Of a stretch of 64,000 nucleotides of DNA, positions 1-9,297 are shown piece after piece. The notes below the pieces were generated by a model. That model was given only the letters and a program-made list of their open reading frames with translations, made no database searches and had not been told where the DNA came from. Source of the DNA: an uncultured Acidobacteriota bacterium. Its GTDB lineage: Bacteria > Acidobacteriota > DATKUA01. Position 1 is the first letter of the stretch, and each line of letters opens with the position of its first letter. Position numbers and translations under genes: made by a program. The stretch covers positions 97,711-161,710 of the forward strand of contig CAYOXX010000002.1 of NCBI GenBank assembly GCA_964408025.1, written 5' to 3'.

Positions 1-516
1 CCGAGCGCTTGGTTGCGGCTGCGTGCGAGAACGGTATGTCGGACGCTGGACGCTCGGAAGAGGCTGGGTACGAGAACGGTACGTCGGGCGCTGAACGCTC
101 GGGCGCGGCTGAGTGCGGGAGCTGGTTGTCGGGCGCTGAACGCTCGTACGAGGCTGTGTGCGAGAAGGCGTCGTCGGGCGCTGGACGCTCGTACGAGGCT
201 GTGTGCGAGAAGGCGTCGTCGGTGGCTGGACGCTCGGACGCGGCTGAGTGCGGGAGTTGGTTGTCGGGCGCTGCGCACTGGAGCGCGAGGAGGAGTTCGA
301 GGGTTGCGAGGCGCGGCTACGGGAGGAAGCTGTGGAACTGGAGGACTGGCGCTGCGAAGACTGCGCCTGTCGGGATCGGTTCGAGTTGCCGGACCGCGAA
401 GAACTGTTCCTGTTGCGCGATTGCCGCGACCTCTCCTGGTCGTCAGCAAACGTGGCGGTTCCAACCAGCATCAGCAAGACACTGAAGACCGCCAGCAACT
501 TGATTACTCTCTTCAC
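1..516 (-). CDS. Secreted low-complexity repeat protein, partial (the 3' end runs off the window). GTG start at 516 with an AGGAGG Shine-Dalgarno. Signal peptide MKRVIKLLAVFSVLLMLVGTATFA, followed by 15-aa repeats of the form R(T/P)SVQRPT(T/Y)xSRTQP
   Basis: Manual reverse-complement translation. It is not in the ORF track because it is incomplete. The plus-strand ORFs 9..485 and 13..585 are its shadows. Confidence 0.5.
   Translation of the reverse strand, partial: MKRVIKLLAVFSVLLMLVGTATFADDQERSRQSRNRNSSSRSGNSNRSRQAQSSQRQSSSSTASSRSRASQPSNSSSRSSAQRPTTNSRTQPRPSVQPPTTPSRTQPRTSVQRPTTPSRTQPRTSVQRPTTSSRTQPRPSVQRPTYRSRTQPLPSVQRPTYRSRTQPQPSAR
35..290. repeat. 45-bp tandem repeat, about 5.5 copies (unit gtcgggcgctgRacgctcgtacgaggctgtgtgcgagaaggcgtc). 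On the minus strand it encodes 15-aa S/T/P/R/Q-rich repeats
   Basis: Direct reading of the sequence; the periodicity is exactly 45 nt and stays in frame with the minus-strand ORF. Confidence 0.7.
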
Positions 517-761
517 GGAAACCACCTCCTTTCGGATTTTGTTCCGCATCCCGATAACAGAACAAAATGCGTGCCAATATTTTGAATCGACTCGAACGCC
601 GCAAATGTTTGAAAACAAGTAGATTATTCTCGTTTCTTTTAAAGAACGGCTAAATAAAAGGTGACGAATGACCTATCGAGGGGACAGTGCAGGCATAAAC
701 AAGCCCGCGCCTCGGCAGCCGCAGCGGCCGTCTTGACCGCACCCTCGGCGAGGGCTAATCT

Positions 762-1493
762 GTGCTGTATGGTGAACGCATGATATCCTTTATACTCGCA
801 GCAGCCGCCTTATTCGTCGCGCCGCCCGGCCCCGACAGCGCTGTCACCTGGGGCCCGACGATTCACCAGATAGTTGTGGTCAAGGCCTCAACTCTGATGC
901 CCCCGTCCCTGCAGCACCAGATTCTGCATCACCGGCGCGAGATCCTGCGCGGCTGCCTCGACGTCCTGAGTGAGAACCTCCAGCCCGATCCGCAGGGCGC
1001 CGACGTGACTACGGCCTACGACGCCGTACTCGTCGAGCTCCGCTCGAGGCCGCAGTTTGAAGAGATCTGCTATGGTCTCGGGCGCCTTAGCGCCCTGGCC
1101 GGGGAATTCGCCTCCCCCTTGAGGGATCTGCCCCCTGGCAGCGACACAACAGCGTTTCGCGACTTCGCGGTAGGGGCGCTCGATACGTTCCCTCTGGTCA
1201 TTACGCACGACGGAGAGGAGCACCTGAGCGAGGGCTCCCTGAGCGCATATTTGCAATACGTCGCCAGGCGCAACAGCCTCAGGCGAGAGCTGATCGCCGG
1301 CATCCTGTGCGAGGAGTCGGATCCTGAAACCTGGCGCGATCAGCGCTCGGCCGCCTACGGCGCCGGGCTCCTCTGCTACAACGACCTGGTGCTCGACACC
1401 GCCCGCCTCTGGCTCTACCTCTGGCAGGAAGCCGGGGGTGAGATTGGCGAGGCGCCCTATTTCCGCATCCCCGTAGCCGGAGCGCAGCAGTGA
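762..1493 (+). CDS. Hypothetical protein. Possible signal peptide if translation starts at the internal MISFILAAAALFVA
   Basis: 243-aa ORF. Its TGA stop overlaps the GTG start of ispH as GTGA, suggesting translational coupling. No family recognised. Confidence 0.4.
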   Translation: MLYGERMISFILAAAALFVAPPGPDSAVTWGPTIHQIVVVKASTLMPPSLQHQILHHRREILRGCLDVLSENLQPDPQGADVTTAYDAVLVELRSRPQFEEICYGLGRLSALAGEFASPLRDLPPGSDTTAFRDFAVGALDTFPLVITHDGEEHLSEGSLSAYLQYVARRNSLRRELIAGILCEESDPETWRDQRSAAYGAGLLCYNDLVLDTARLWLYLWQEAGGEIGEAPYFRIPVAGAQQ

Positions 1494-3217
1494 AAATCAA
1501 GGTCGCCAAGACGGCGGGCTTCTGCTGGGGCGTGAGGCGGGCCATCGACCGCGTCCTCGAGCTGCGCGACAAAACCTCTGACAAGATACAAACCCTCGGC
1601 CCCCTGATCCACAATCCGCAGGCGCTGGAGATGCTCGAGCAGAAAGGGATCGACATCGCCGAAAGCCTCGATGACCTGAGCGGCGGCATGGTGGTCATCC
1701 GCACGCACGGCATCTCGCCCGCCGTGCGCAGCGAGCTGCAACATCGAAACCTAAGTATCTGCGACGGCACATGCCCGCGGGTGGCCCACATCCAGTCGCT
1801 CATCAGGCGCTGCGGACGCGTCGGCAAGCAGGTGGTCATCGCCGGCGACGCTGGCCACGCCGAGGTGGTGGGACTGATGGGCTGCGCCGGCGAAGCGGGC
1901 CACGTGGTCTCGAGCGCCGAGGACGTCGAGACCCTGCCGGAGCTGGACCGCGTAGCGCTGGTGGCGCAGACCACCTTTGGGGAGGCCGAATTCGCGGAAA
2001 TCGTCGCCGCCGTGCGCAAGCGCTTCCCCAGCGCCGAAGTGTTCGACACAATCTGCGACTCGACGCACAACCGGCAACGCGAGGTCCGCGAGCTGGCCGG
2101 GGACTGCGACGTGATAATCGTCATCGGCGGCCGGGGCTCCGCCAACACGCGGCGCCTGGCCGAGCTGGCCGGCTCGCTTGGGGCCCTCACGCGCCTCGTC
2201 GAGAGCGACGACGAGCTGCAGCCGCAAATGTTCGACGGCGCCCGCACGGTCGGCGTCACCGCCGGAGCCTCGACACCGCATTGGATGATCCAGCGGGTAG
2301 TCGAGCGGATCGAGGCGATCGGCAAGAGCCGCAAGAAGCGTTGGCTCGCTGCGGCCTGCCGATTCCTGGTGGCCAGCAACATCTTCGTAGCAGTTGGCGC
2401 CGGCCTGCTCTGCCTGCTGACGGCCGCCCTGCTGGGCATCGAGCCGCGGCTGCAATATGGCCTCATCGCCGGCTGCTACATATTCGCCATGCACCTGCTC
2501 AGCCACTTCGCCGACCCCAACGCCGTCGGTCACAACGAGCCGCTGCGGTTTCGCCTATACAGGAGATACAAGCTTCCGATGGCCGCGGCGGGGTCTATCT
2601 CGGCCGCCGTCGCCATTGGCGTAGCCTTCTCACTCGATCCGCTGGCCGGGATGCTGCTGCTGGTGGCCACCGCGACGGGACTACTCTACAGTGTGCGGGT
2701 GGTGCCGCGCCGCTGGGCCCTGACGCTGCGCTTCCGCCGCCTCAAAGACATCCCCAGCTCCAAAGACCTCTTCGTCGCGATCGCCTGGAGCGCGGTAACG
2801 GTGCTCGTGCCGGCCTTGCACCGCGGCCCACATACGCTCTCCGCCGCGGTCCTCAGCCCCCTCATCGGCGTCTTCGTCCTGGTCTACGCCCGCTCCGTTC
2901 TGTTCGACATGCGCGAGATCCGGGGAGACCGGCTGGTCGGTAAGGAGACGCTACCAACCATCCTGGGTGTCGGCAGGACGCAGCTCTGGCTGGCTTCCGT
3001 CGTCGCCGCGGCCGCCTTGCTCTACCTGGCCGCCAGCCTCTCAGGCCTGCCCTCGCCGGCGAGCCTGATGGTGGTGCCGCTGCTTATCTACATCGGGATC
3101 GCGCAGCTGCTCTTTCACTTCGAGCTGATCGGGATCGGCCTGGCAACCGAGGCGGTCGTCGACGGCAACTTCTACCTCGCCGGCCTGCTCGGCGCGGCCT
3201 GGATGGCGCTAACTTAA
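1490..3217 (+). CDS. ispH: HMBPP reductase IspH/LytB (N-terminal roughly 290 aa) fused to a C-terminal polytopic domain of roughly 285 aa that resembles UbiA-superfamily prenyltransferases
   Basis: IspH Cys motifs GFCWGV, DGTCPRV and ICDSTHNRQ are present. The C-terminal half has multiple TM helices and the motif DMREIRGDRLVGKETLP, which resembles the second Asp-rich motif of UbiA enzymes. The first Asp-rich motif is degenerate. Confidence 0.8.
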   Translation: MKIKVAKTAGFCWGVRRAIDRVLELRDKTSDKIQTLGPLIHNPQALEMLEQKGIDIAESLDDLSGGMVVIRTHGISPAVRSELQHRNLSICDGTCPRVAHIQSLIRRCGRVGKQVVIAGDAGHAEVVGLMGCAGEAGHVVSSAEDVETLPELDRVALVAQTTFGEAEFAEIVAAVRKRFPSAEVFDTICDSTHNRQREVRELAGDCDVIIVIGGRGSANTRRLAELAGSLGALTRLVESDDELQPQMFDGARTVGVTAGASTPHWMIQRVVERIEAIGKSRKKRWLAAACRFLVASNIFVAVGAGLLCLLTAALLGIEPRLQYGLIAGCYIFAMHLLSHFADPNAVGHNEPLRFRLYRRYKLPMAAAGSISAAVAIGVAFSLDPLAGMLLLVATATGLLYSVRVVPRRWALTLRFRRLKDIPSSKDLFVAIAWSAVTVLVPALHRGPHTLSAAVLSPLIGVFVLVYARSVLFDMREIRGDRLVGKETLPTILGVGRTQLWLASVVAAAALLYLAASLSGLPSPASLMVVPLLIYIGIAQLLFHFELIGIGLATEAVVDGNFYLAGLLGAAWMALT

Positions 3218-3439
3218 GCGGCGCTTATAGCAACTTTCGATAGTCATGATCATTCCAAACTCTACAGCATCTTCATCATGGCTGTCATTGCAACCACGAG
3301 TGAAAACGAGGGGAAAGCAATCCCTTACTTGCGCAGATTGCTTCAATCGCTGACGCGCTTTCGCAATGACAGTTAAAACAAGATTTTCGAAAACTACTCT
3401 AACGGAATCGCATCGGGAACCGAGGCAGTGATTCCCCGG

Positions 3440-4570
3440 TTACGGAATCGGTAGCCCATCGCCGGCGGGCCCCTCGCTTCGCGGGCTTTCTATGTCGGTA
3501 TGTTCGCCTCCCTCACCGTCGGGGCCGTAATCGCCGCGGGAGACGATTTCGCGGGTGATGTCGACAAAGTAGTCGGCAATATCGCCTGGGATGATCAGGA
3601 CAATCGAGATCTCCATCTCGTCCTGCTCGACCTGCACCGAATCGAGCATCTGGATCAGGTGCCGCTTAAGCGTTTCCACGTCCCCCGTAGAGTCCACCGA
3701 GCGGCTGATATCTTCGCTCTGAATCAGCATGTTCAGCAGCCCGACGATGGCCCGCAGGCCACGCGCGATGTTGAGCGCGTCCTCGGCAGAGCTGCACAGG
3801 GCCTTCACCCGCAGCGTGACATCGTCGGCCGCGTCCACGCCGATGTAGCCTACGCGCAAGGTGAGAAAGGTCTGCAGGAGCGGGTACTCATCGACCAAGG
3901 GGCCAATCATGCTTTCTATGCCGTCGATGCCGAGCCAGAAATCGTCGGTGGCCACCAGGAAGGGGCGGAAGGGACGTATACCCTCTCCGTCGAGAACCGA
4001 GGTGCCGCCGCCGGAGTGGAAAGCGAGGCTGTTCCGAACCATCTCCGTGGTGCCGAGAGCCACGATGTTCTCGTCGATGAAGGCGAAACCGAAATCGCTG
4101 CCGGAGAAGTAGAGGTTTGCGTCCCCGACCTCCTCGAGCTCGAAGTAGCGCCGCTTCTCGCCGATCAGCCGCAGAACCTCCTCCTCGGTGACCTCGCCGT
4201 CCAGGATCGCCAGGGTCTCGAACTCGCCATCAAGGTCTTCGGGGAAGGCAACCGCCCATGCCAGCGTGTGGAACCTCTCGATACCGATTCCGAGCTTGCT
4301 ATCCCAGAGTTTGATGTGGCGGTTGAAGCTGGCGACACGGCGGCCGAAGCCGCTGCGGGCGATACCCTCGAGATCGGCGAAACCCAGAAAACGGTACTCC
4401 CCGTCAGGGATCCAGACCAGCAGGGACTGCGACTGCTTGCCGGGACCGGCATCGCTCTGGCCGGCCTGGTCGCAGGACACGACAACCGCCAGAACCAGCG
4501 CCGCGCCCACCAGGGCCGCAACGCGGCTGCCGCCATTTCTCCTACGGCGCATCCTGCTATCGCTCCGCAT
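3440..4570 (-). CDS. Putative lipoprotein, hypothetical (lipobox VVSC after a signal peptide). The true start is probably the internal M at about 4552
   Basis: ORF track plus signal peptide and lipobox. Loosely similar to the adjacent ORF 4653..5621, so the two may be paralogs. Confidence 0.5.
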   Translation of the reverse strand: MRSDSRMRRRRNGGSRVAALVGAALVLAVVVSCDQAGQSDAGPGKQSQSLLVWIPDGEYRFLGFADLEGIARSGFGRRVASFNRHIKLWDSKLGIGIERFHTLAWAVAFPEDLDGEFETLAILDGEVTEEEVLRLIGEKRRYFELEEVGDANLYFSGSDFGFAFIDENIVALGTTEMVRNSLAFHSGGGTSVLDGEGIRPFRPFLVATDDFWLGIDGIESMIGPLVDEYPLLQTFLTLRVGYIGVDAADDVTLRVKALCSSAEDALNIARGLRAIVGLLNMLIQSEDISRSVDSTGDVETLKRHLIQMLDSVQVEQDEMEISIVLIIPGDIADYFVDITREIVSRGDYGPDGEGGEHTDIESPRSEGPAGDGLPIP

Positions 4571-4652
4571 CGACTAATGGCCACGCGGGCCGAATTGGCA
4601 TCCAGTTCCGCGTGGCTCGCCTCCACCACGTCTTCGACATCTGCCGTCGCCG

Positions 4653-5621
4653 CTACCGCTCGACTCCGCCCCTCATACCGATCATGTTGCTGAACTGCTC
4701 GAACAGCGTCACAAGAGTGGAGTCGGCTATGCTGCCGGTTATCATCAGCTTGTTGCCGGCGGTGCTATACTCCATGCCGTCGATGACCTCTCCTAAGGCG
4801 CCGGAAGCATCCATCATCCTCAGCATTGCGAACTGCTCCGCTACCTTCTCTTGGATAACCGGCAGCGCCTCAGGATCGCCCGCACCTAACACCACCCGGT
4901 AGTCGAGGGATTCCGCTTCGTGGGAGGCGCTCAGCGAGAAGTACTGCAGCTCGGCCATCTCGGGAGCCTGGCTGACCAGCATCGACCTGGCCTGCTCGGG
5001 GACGACTCCCGCGAGGAAGAAGAATCCTCCGGGATCGACGTCGACCATCGCCCCGACGAGCATCTGGTTAGCCGTCGCGTTCGCCAACTGGCCGGTCCTG
5101 ACCTGTTCGTACGTCTCGAGACCATCGCGGCTCCCGGCAACGAAGGTTCCGGAACCGATTGCGGCCAGATAGCCGTCCTCGCTCTCCGGATCGTCCTCGC
5201 CCTCCGCATCGTCCTCGCCCTCCTCATCCTCCGGATCGTAGATCCGAACGGCGGACAACGAGCCGATCTGCACCTCCTCGAACAGCTTCCCCTCGGCAGC
5301 CAGTATCGAGGTGACCTCGGCGATGCTGAAATCCCCGCTGAGAACTGCGTAGGCGTTCCGAGGATTGCGCAGATCTCCGATACCGATCAGCATCGTGTCG
5401 ACCCTGGCAGTGAAATCGAAGCCTACATTCTCGATGTTGCCCTCGCGTATCTCCTGGGCCATCTCGGCAGGGAGCAATTCCATTATTCTCGCCAGGTCGA
5501 CGCTGACTATGATCAAGGTGTCGTCGGGGAACAACTGCAGGGGCGATTCCTGCGCTGGCAGCCCGACGGCGGTAGCGGCCAAGACCGCGGCGGCCAGCGT
5601 GAGCGTACGTAGCAGCTTCAT
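4653..5621 (-). CDS. Secreted hypothetical protein with an acidic Glu/Asp-rich insert. Start trimmed to MKLLRTLTLAAAVLAATAVG; an AGAGAGGA Shine-Dalgarno sits upstream
   Basis: ORF track plus signal peptide. Similar architecture to 3440..4570. Confidence 0.5.
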   Translation of the reverse strand: MKLLRTLTLAAAVLAATAVGLPAQESPLQLFPDDTLIIVSVDLARIMELLPAEMAQEIREGNIENVGFDFTARVDTMLIGIGDLRNPRNAYAVLSGDFSIAEVTSILAAEGKLFEEVQIGSLSAVRIYDPEDEEGEDDAEGEDDPESEDGYLAAIGSGTFVAGSRDGLETYEQVRTGQLANATANQMLVGAMVDVDPGGFFFLAGVVPEQARSMLVSQAPEMAELQYFSLSASHEAESLDYRVVLGAGDPEALPVIQEKVAEQFAMLRMMDASGALGEVIDGMEYSTAGNKLMITGSIADSTLVTLFEQFSNMIGMRGGVER

Positions 5622-5791
5622 AATCCGTCCTCTCTTCGGTCTCTCTGCAGAGAAACCTCTTGTTCCCAATTGTTAAAACGAATTAGATTCCCGCAGGTTC
5701 ACGGCGACCAGCATTCTATTGACGAGAGAATGAGGTGTCAACGCTGCGGGCTCGACACTCGGCAGGGCGGGCAGAGCAGGCGGCGCCCGAA

Positions 5792-7618
5792 TCAGTCCTG
5801 CCGTTCCCCTCCCCCGTTGACTTCGAGACCCAGTTCGCTCAGCTGCTCGGGGTCCACTTTCGCGGGCGACTTGGTCATCGGGCAGAAGGCCGACGTGGTC
5901 TTGGGGAAAGCAATCACGCTGCGGATCGCGTTCTCCCCCGCCAGGAAGGCCACGATGCGGTCCCAGCCGAGCGCAATGCCCCCGTGGGGCGGCGCGCCGA
6001 AGCTGAGAGCGTCGAGCAGGAAGCCGAACTTCTCCCTCGCCTCCGCCTCGGATATACCGAGGACGGCGAAGACGCGGCGCTGCACCTCGGCGTCGTGGAT
6101 GCGGATGCTGCCGCCCCCGATCTCCTCGCCGTTGAGCACCAGGTCGTAGGCCCGCGAGCGGACCCTCAGCGGTTCGCTCTCCAGCAGCTCGAGATCGTCT
6201 GGATGCGGAGCGGTGAACGGGTGGTGCGTCGGCACCGGGCGGCCTTCTGCGTCCTCCTCGAAGAGGGGGAAATCGACAACCCAGACAAACTTCAGAAGTC
6301 CCTCGTCGCCAATCGCCATCTCCGCAGCAATGTGCAGCCGCAGTGCGCCGAGGGCGGCGCAGGCAATCTGCCAGCGGTCCGCCACCATCAGCAGCGCGGC
6401 GCCCTGATCGCATCCGCCGGCCTCGAAGAGCCGCTCGCAGAGGCTCCCGCCCAGAAGCTTTGCCCCGGGACCGGAGAAGCCGCCCTCACCCTCACCCGGC
6501 TCCCACTTGGCCCACACAAGCCCCTTGGCGCCGTGCTTGCGGGCGAACGCCTCGGCCTCGTCGAGCTGCCTGCGCGAAAGGTTGGCTCCGCCGGGCACGG
6601 CCAGGCCTTTGACTACGCCCCCGTCGCTAACGGCGTCGGCGAAGATGCGGAAATCGCAGTCCCTAACTAAATCGGTCAGCTCGACGAGCTCGAGGCCGAA
6701 GCGCAGGTCCGGTCTGTCGGAACCGAAGCGCTCCATAGCCTCTCGGTAGGAGAGGACGGGGAAGGGAGCCGTCACCTCCTCGCCCCTGCCGATGATTGCG
6801 TGGAGCCCGGCCATCAGCCGCTCGATTATCTCGAAGAGGTCGTCGGGCTCGATGAAGGCCATCTCGACGTCGATCTGGGTGAACTCGGGCTGGCGGTTGG
6901 CCCGCAAGTCCTCGTCGCGGAAGCACTTGGCTATCTGCACGTAGCGGTCGAAGCCGGAGACCATCAGAAGCTGCTTGTAGAGCTGCGGGCTCTGCGGCAG
7001 GGCGTAGAACCGGCCGCGGTGGACGCGGCTGGGCACCAGGAAGTCGCGCGCCCCCTCGGGCGTGCTTCTGGTCAGCACCGGCGTTTCCACATCTACGAAT
7101 CCCTCCTCACTGAAGAAGTTGCGCGCGGCCAGCGTGGCCACGTGGCGCAGGATGATGTTCGCCTGCAGCGAGGGGCGGCGCAGATCGAGATAGCGGTACT
7201 CGAGGCGCAGCTCCTCGCCGGCCGATGTGTCGTCCCTCGGCTCGAAGGGCGGCGTCGCCGCCTCGTTGAACAGCGCCAGCTCGGCCGCGACCACCTCGAT
7301 GTCGCCCGTCGCCATATCGGGATTTAGGTTCTCCTCGCTGCGAGGCTCGACCACGCCCCGGACGCCGACGACGTACTCGTGCCCGAGTTCCCCAACCGCC
7401 GCAGCCGCCTGCGGCCCGCGCTTCGGATCGCAGACCACCTGCGTTACGCCCGACCTGTCCCTCAGGTCAATGAAGATCAGGCCGCCGAGGTCGCGTAACC
7501 GGTTGACCCAGCCGGCGAGCACAACCTCCTGGCCGGCGTGATCCGCCCTCAGCTCTCCGCAGTTGTGTGTCCTGGCCCACTCCTTCGAGTATGGAACTCT
7601 CATAGTCCGTTCTTCCAA
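5792..7618 (-). CDS. aspS: Aspartate--tRNA ligase. The start may be the internal ATG at 7603 (MRVPY...)
   Basis: Full-length match to class II AspS, with an anticodon-binding OB fold followed by the catalytic core motifs. Confidence 0.95.
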   Translation of the reverse strand: MEERTMRVPYSKEWARTHNCGELRADHAGQEVVLAGWVNRLRDLGGLIFIDLRDRSGVTQVVCDPKRGPQAAAAVGELGHEYVVGVRGVVEPRSEENLNPDMATGDIEVVAAELALFNEAATPPFEPRDDTSAGEELRLEYRYLDLRRPSLQANIILRHVATLAARNFFSEEGFVDVETPVLTRSTPEGARDFLVPSRVHRGRFYALPQSPQLYKQLLMVSGFDRYVQIAKCFRDEDLRANRQPEFTQIDVEMAFIEPDDLFEIIERLMAGLHAIIGRGEEVTAPFPVLSYREAMERFGSDRPDLRFGLELVELTDLVRDCDFRIFADAVSDGGVVKGLAVPGGANLSRRQLDEAEAFARKHGAKGLVWAKWEPGEGEGGFSGPGAKLLGGSLCERLFEAGGCDQGAALLMVADRWQIACAALGALRLHIAAEMAIGDEGLLKFVWVVDFPLFEEDAEGRPVPTHHPFTAPHPDDLELLESEPLRVRSRAYDLVLNGEEIGGGSIRIHDAEVQRRVFAVLGISEAEAREKFGFLLDALSFGAPPHGGIALGWDRIVAFLAGENAIRSVIAFPKTTSAFCPMTKSPAKVDPEQLSELGLEVNGGGERQD

Positions 7619-7665
7619 TGGCTACGCCGACGCCGGCTAGGCCGGGCGTTGCGGGCGACGCGTTT

Positions 7666-8442
7666 TCACGCTTCGTGTTCGCGGCGCAGAACTTCCCGCG
7701 CCAGCCGCCGGTAGGCGGCCGCCCCCTTCGACGTGGGAGCGTAGTGGATCACCGGCCGACCTTCGGTCTGCGCGTTGTTGATAGCCACGTTGATCGGAAT
7801 CACCGTGTCGAACACCTTGTCGCCGAAGTAGCGCTCCAGCTCCTTGTAGACGCGGTGGCTTATACTGGTGCGCTGGTCGTAAATGCAGGCCAGCACGCCG
7901 GTCACCACTACCTTGCGCGGCAGGTAAAGGTTGTCGTTTATCACCTCGATCAGATCGAGCAGGTCGCTGACGCCCTCCAGAGAGAGGTAGGCCAGCGCGC
8001 TGGTGATCAGGACGTCGGTGCTGGCGACCAGAGCGTTTATGGTCAGGATGCCGAGGAAGGGCGGGCAGTCGACGAAGACGAAGTCGAAGTGTTCCAGCAC
8101 CGGCTCCAGTGCCCGCGCCAGGATGAACTCCTTGCCCGTGCGCGAGGCCAGCTCGACCTCCGTGGCGGCCAGGCTGGTCTCGCTGGGAACCAGCCAGAGG
8201 TTCTCCAGCCCCGTGTGCACAATCGCATCGGCCAGCTCTACCTTGCCGGTGAGGATGTGGTAGAGGGAAACGCTCGCCTGCGTCGGGTCGAAGCCGAGCG
8301 ACTTGCAGGAGTGCGCCTGGGCGTCGGAATCGACGACCAGAACCCGCTTGCCGAGTTCCGCCAACGCGGCGGACAGGTTGACCACGGTGGAGGTCTTCCC
8401 CACTCCCCCTTTCTGGTTGACCACCGCTACGATCCGGCCCAT
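7666..8442 (-). CDS. ParA/Soj/MinD-family P-loop ATPase (deviant Walker A KGGVGKTS)
   Basis: Conserved ParA motifs. No parB is adjacent, so this is an orphan. Confidence 0.85.
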   Translation of the reverse strand: MGRIVAVVNQKGGVGKTSTVVNLSAALAELGKRVLVVDSDAQAHSCKSLGFDPTQASVSLYHILTGKVELADAIVHTGLENLWLVPSETSLAATEVELASRTGKEFILARALEPVLEHFDFVFVDCPPFLGILTINALVASTDVLITSALAYLSLEGVSDLLDLIEVINDNLYLPRKVVVTGVLACIYDQRTSISHRVYKELERYFGDKVFDTVIPINVAINNAQTEGRPVIHYAPTSKGAAAYRRLAREVLRREHEA

Positions 8443-8545
8443 CTGCCCCCTTCCGGCTTTCCCGCGCCCGCGCAGGTTCCGCGCGGGCTTACAATCTAAG
8501 AGAACAGCTCAAGCTGCGCAAGGGTTCATATCGAAGGCGCCGCGG

Positions 8546-8574
8546 TTGACTGCCCGGCGCAGCTTCGTTACGAT
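8546..8574 (+). promoter_or_regulatory. Candidate sigma-70 promoter for efp: TTGACT, then 17 nt, then TACGAT
   Basis: Hexamer spacing read from the sequence, 45 nt upstream of the efp start. Confidence 0.3.
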
Positions 8575-8619
8575 GATGCTTGGTCGGCAACCAGTTCTCA
8601 TCCTTCTCGAGGTCCGAGA

Positions 8620-9183
8620 ATGCTCCTACCCGCGACCCGCCTGCGCGCGGGCATGATCATCAAGTTCACCGGCGTGGCCTGCCGCGTAACCGTCGTCCAG
8701 CACGTCACGCCGGGCAAGGGCCACGGCATGGTGCAGGCCAAGATGAAGAACCTCGACACCGGCACCAACATCGAGCACCGTTTCCGCAGCGACGAGAAGT
8801 TCGAGAAGGCCTTTCTGGAGAAGCGACGCATGCAGTACCTATACGCCGGCGACGGCGACCACGTTTTCATGGACCTCGAGTCGTTCGAGCAGACCCACAT
8901 TGACGACGAGGCGATGGGCGACAACCGCTACTACCTCGTCCCCGCGCTAGAAATCAGCATGGAGTACTACGAGAGCAAGCCGGTCGGCCTCGAGCTTCCC
9001 ACCACTGTGGAGCTCGAGATCGCCGAGACCGAGCCGCAGTTGAAGGGGGCGACCGCTTCGGCCTCCTACAAGCCGGCCACGCTCAAGACCGGCCTCGTGG
9101 TGCAGGTGCCCCCCTACCTCGACTCGGGCCAGCGCATCAAGATCGACACCCGCGACGGAACCTACATCGGCAAGGCGGACTGA
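8620..9183 (+). CDS. efp: Elongation factor P
   Basis: 187 aa. The conserved PGKG loop, where EF-P carries its modified Lys/Arg, is present; full-length similarity to EF-P. Confidence 0.9.
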   Translation: MLLPATRLRAGMIIKFTGVACRVTVVQHVTPGKGHGMVQAKMKNLDTGTNIEHRFRSDEKFEKAFLEKRRMQYLYAGDGDHVFMDLESFEQTHIDDEAMGDNRYYLVPALEISMEYYESKPVGLELPTTVELEIAETEPQLKGATASASYKPATLKTGLVVQVPPYLDSGQRIKIDTRDGTYIGKAD

Positions 9184-9297
9184 GAGGCCGGCCGAGCGAT
9201 GTCGAGGGACCCACTCTCCAGGAAGCTTGACACATGCCGTGAACCGGCGTTCACGCCCAATCGCTTACCAAGTATTTTGAACACACCACGAAAAGGG

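Noticed and set aside
35-290. Possible CRISPR array
   Set aside because: The repeats are contiguous with no spacers, lie within a coding frame and encode peptide repeats. No CRISPR array was seen anywhere in the window.
9-585. Plus-strand ORFs 9..485 and 13..585 (TTG starts) over the tandem-repeat region
   Set aside because: They lie antisense to a better minus-strand gene with a Shine-Dalgarno, a signal peptide and in-frame 45-nt repeats. High-GC shadow ORFs.
1279-2943. Long antisense or alternative-frame ORFs inside ispH (1279..2466 -, 1751..2533 -, 1771..2943 +). Similar Arg/Pro/Ala-rich ORFs occur inside aspS, the hydrolases and the TonB receptor gene
   Set aside because: Typical spurious ORFs of GC-rich DNA, with low-complexity R/P/A/G composition. 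They overlap genes that have clear homology.
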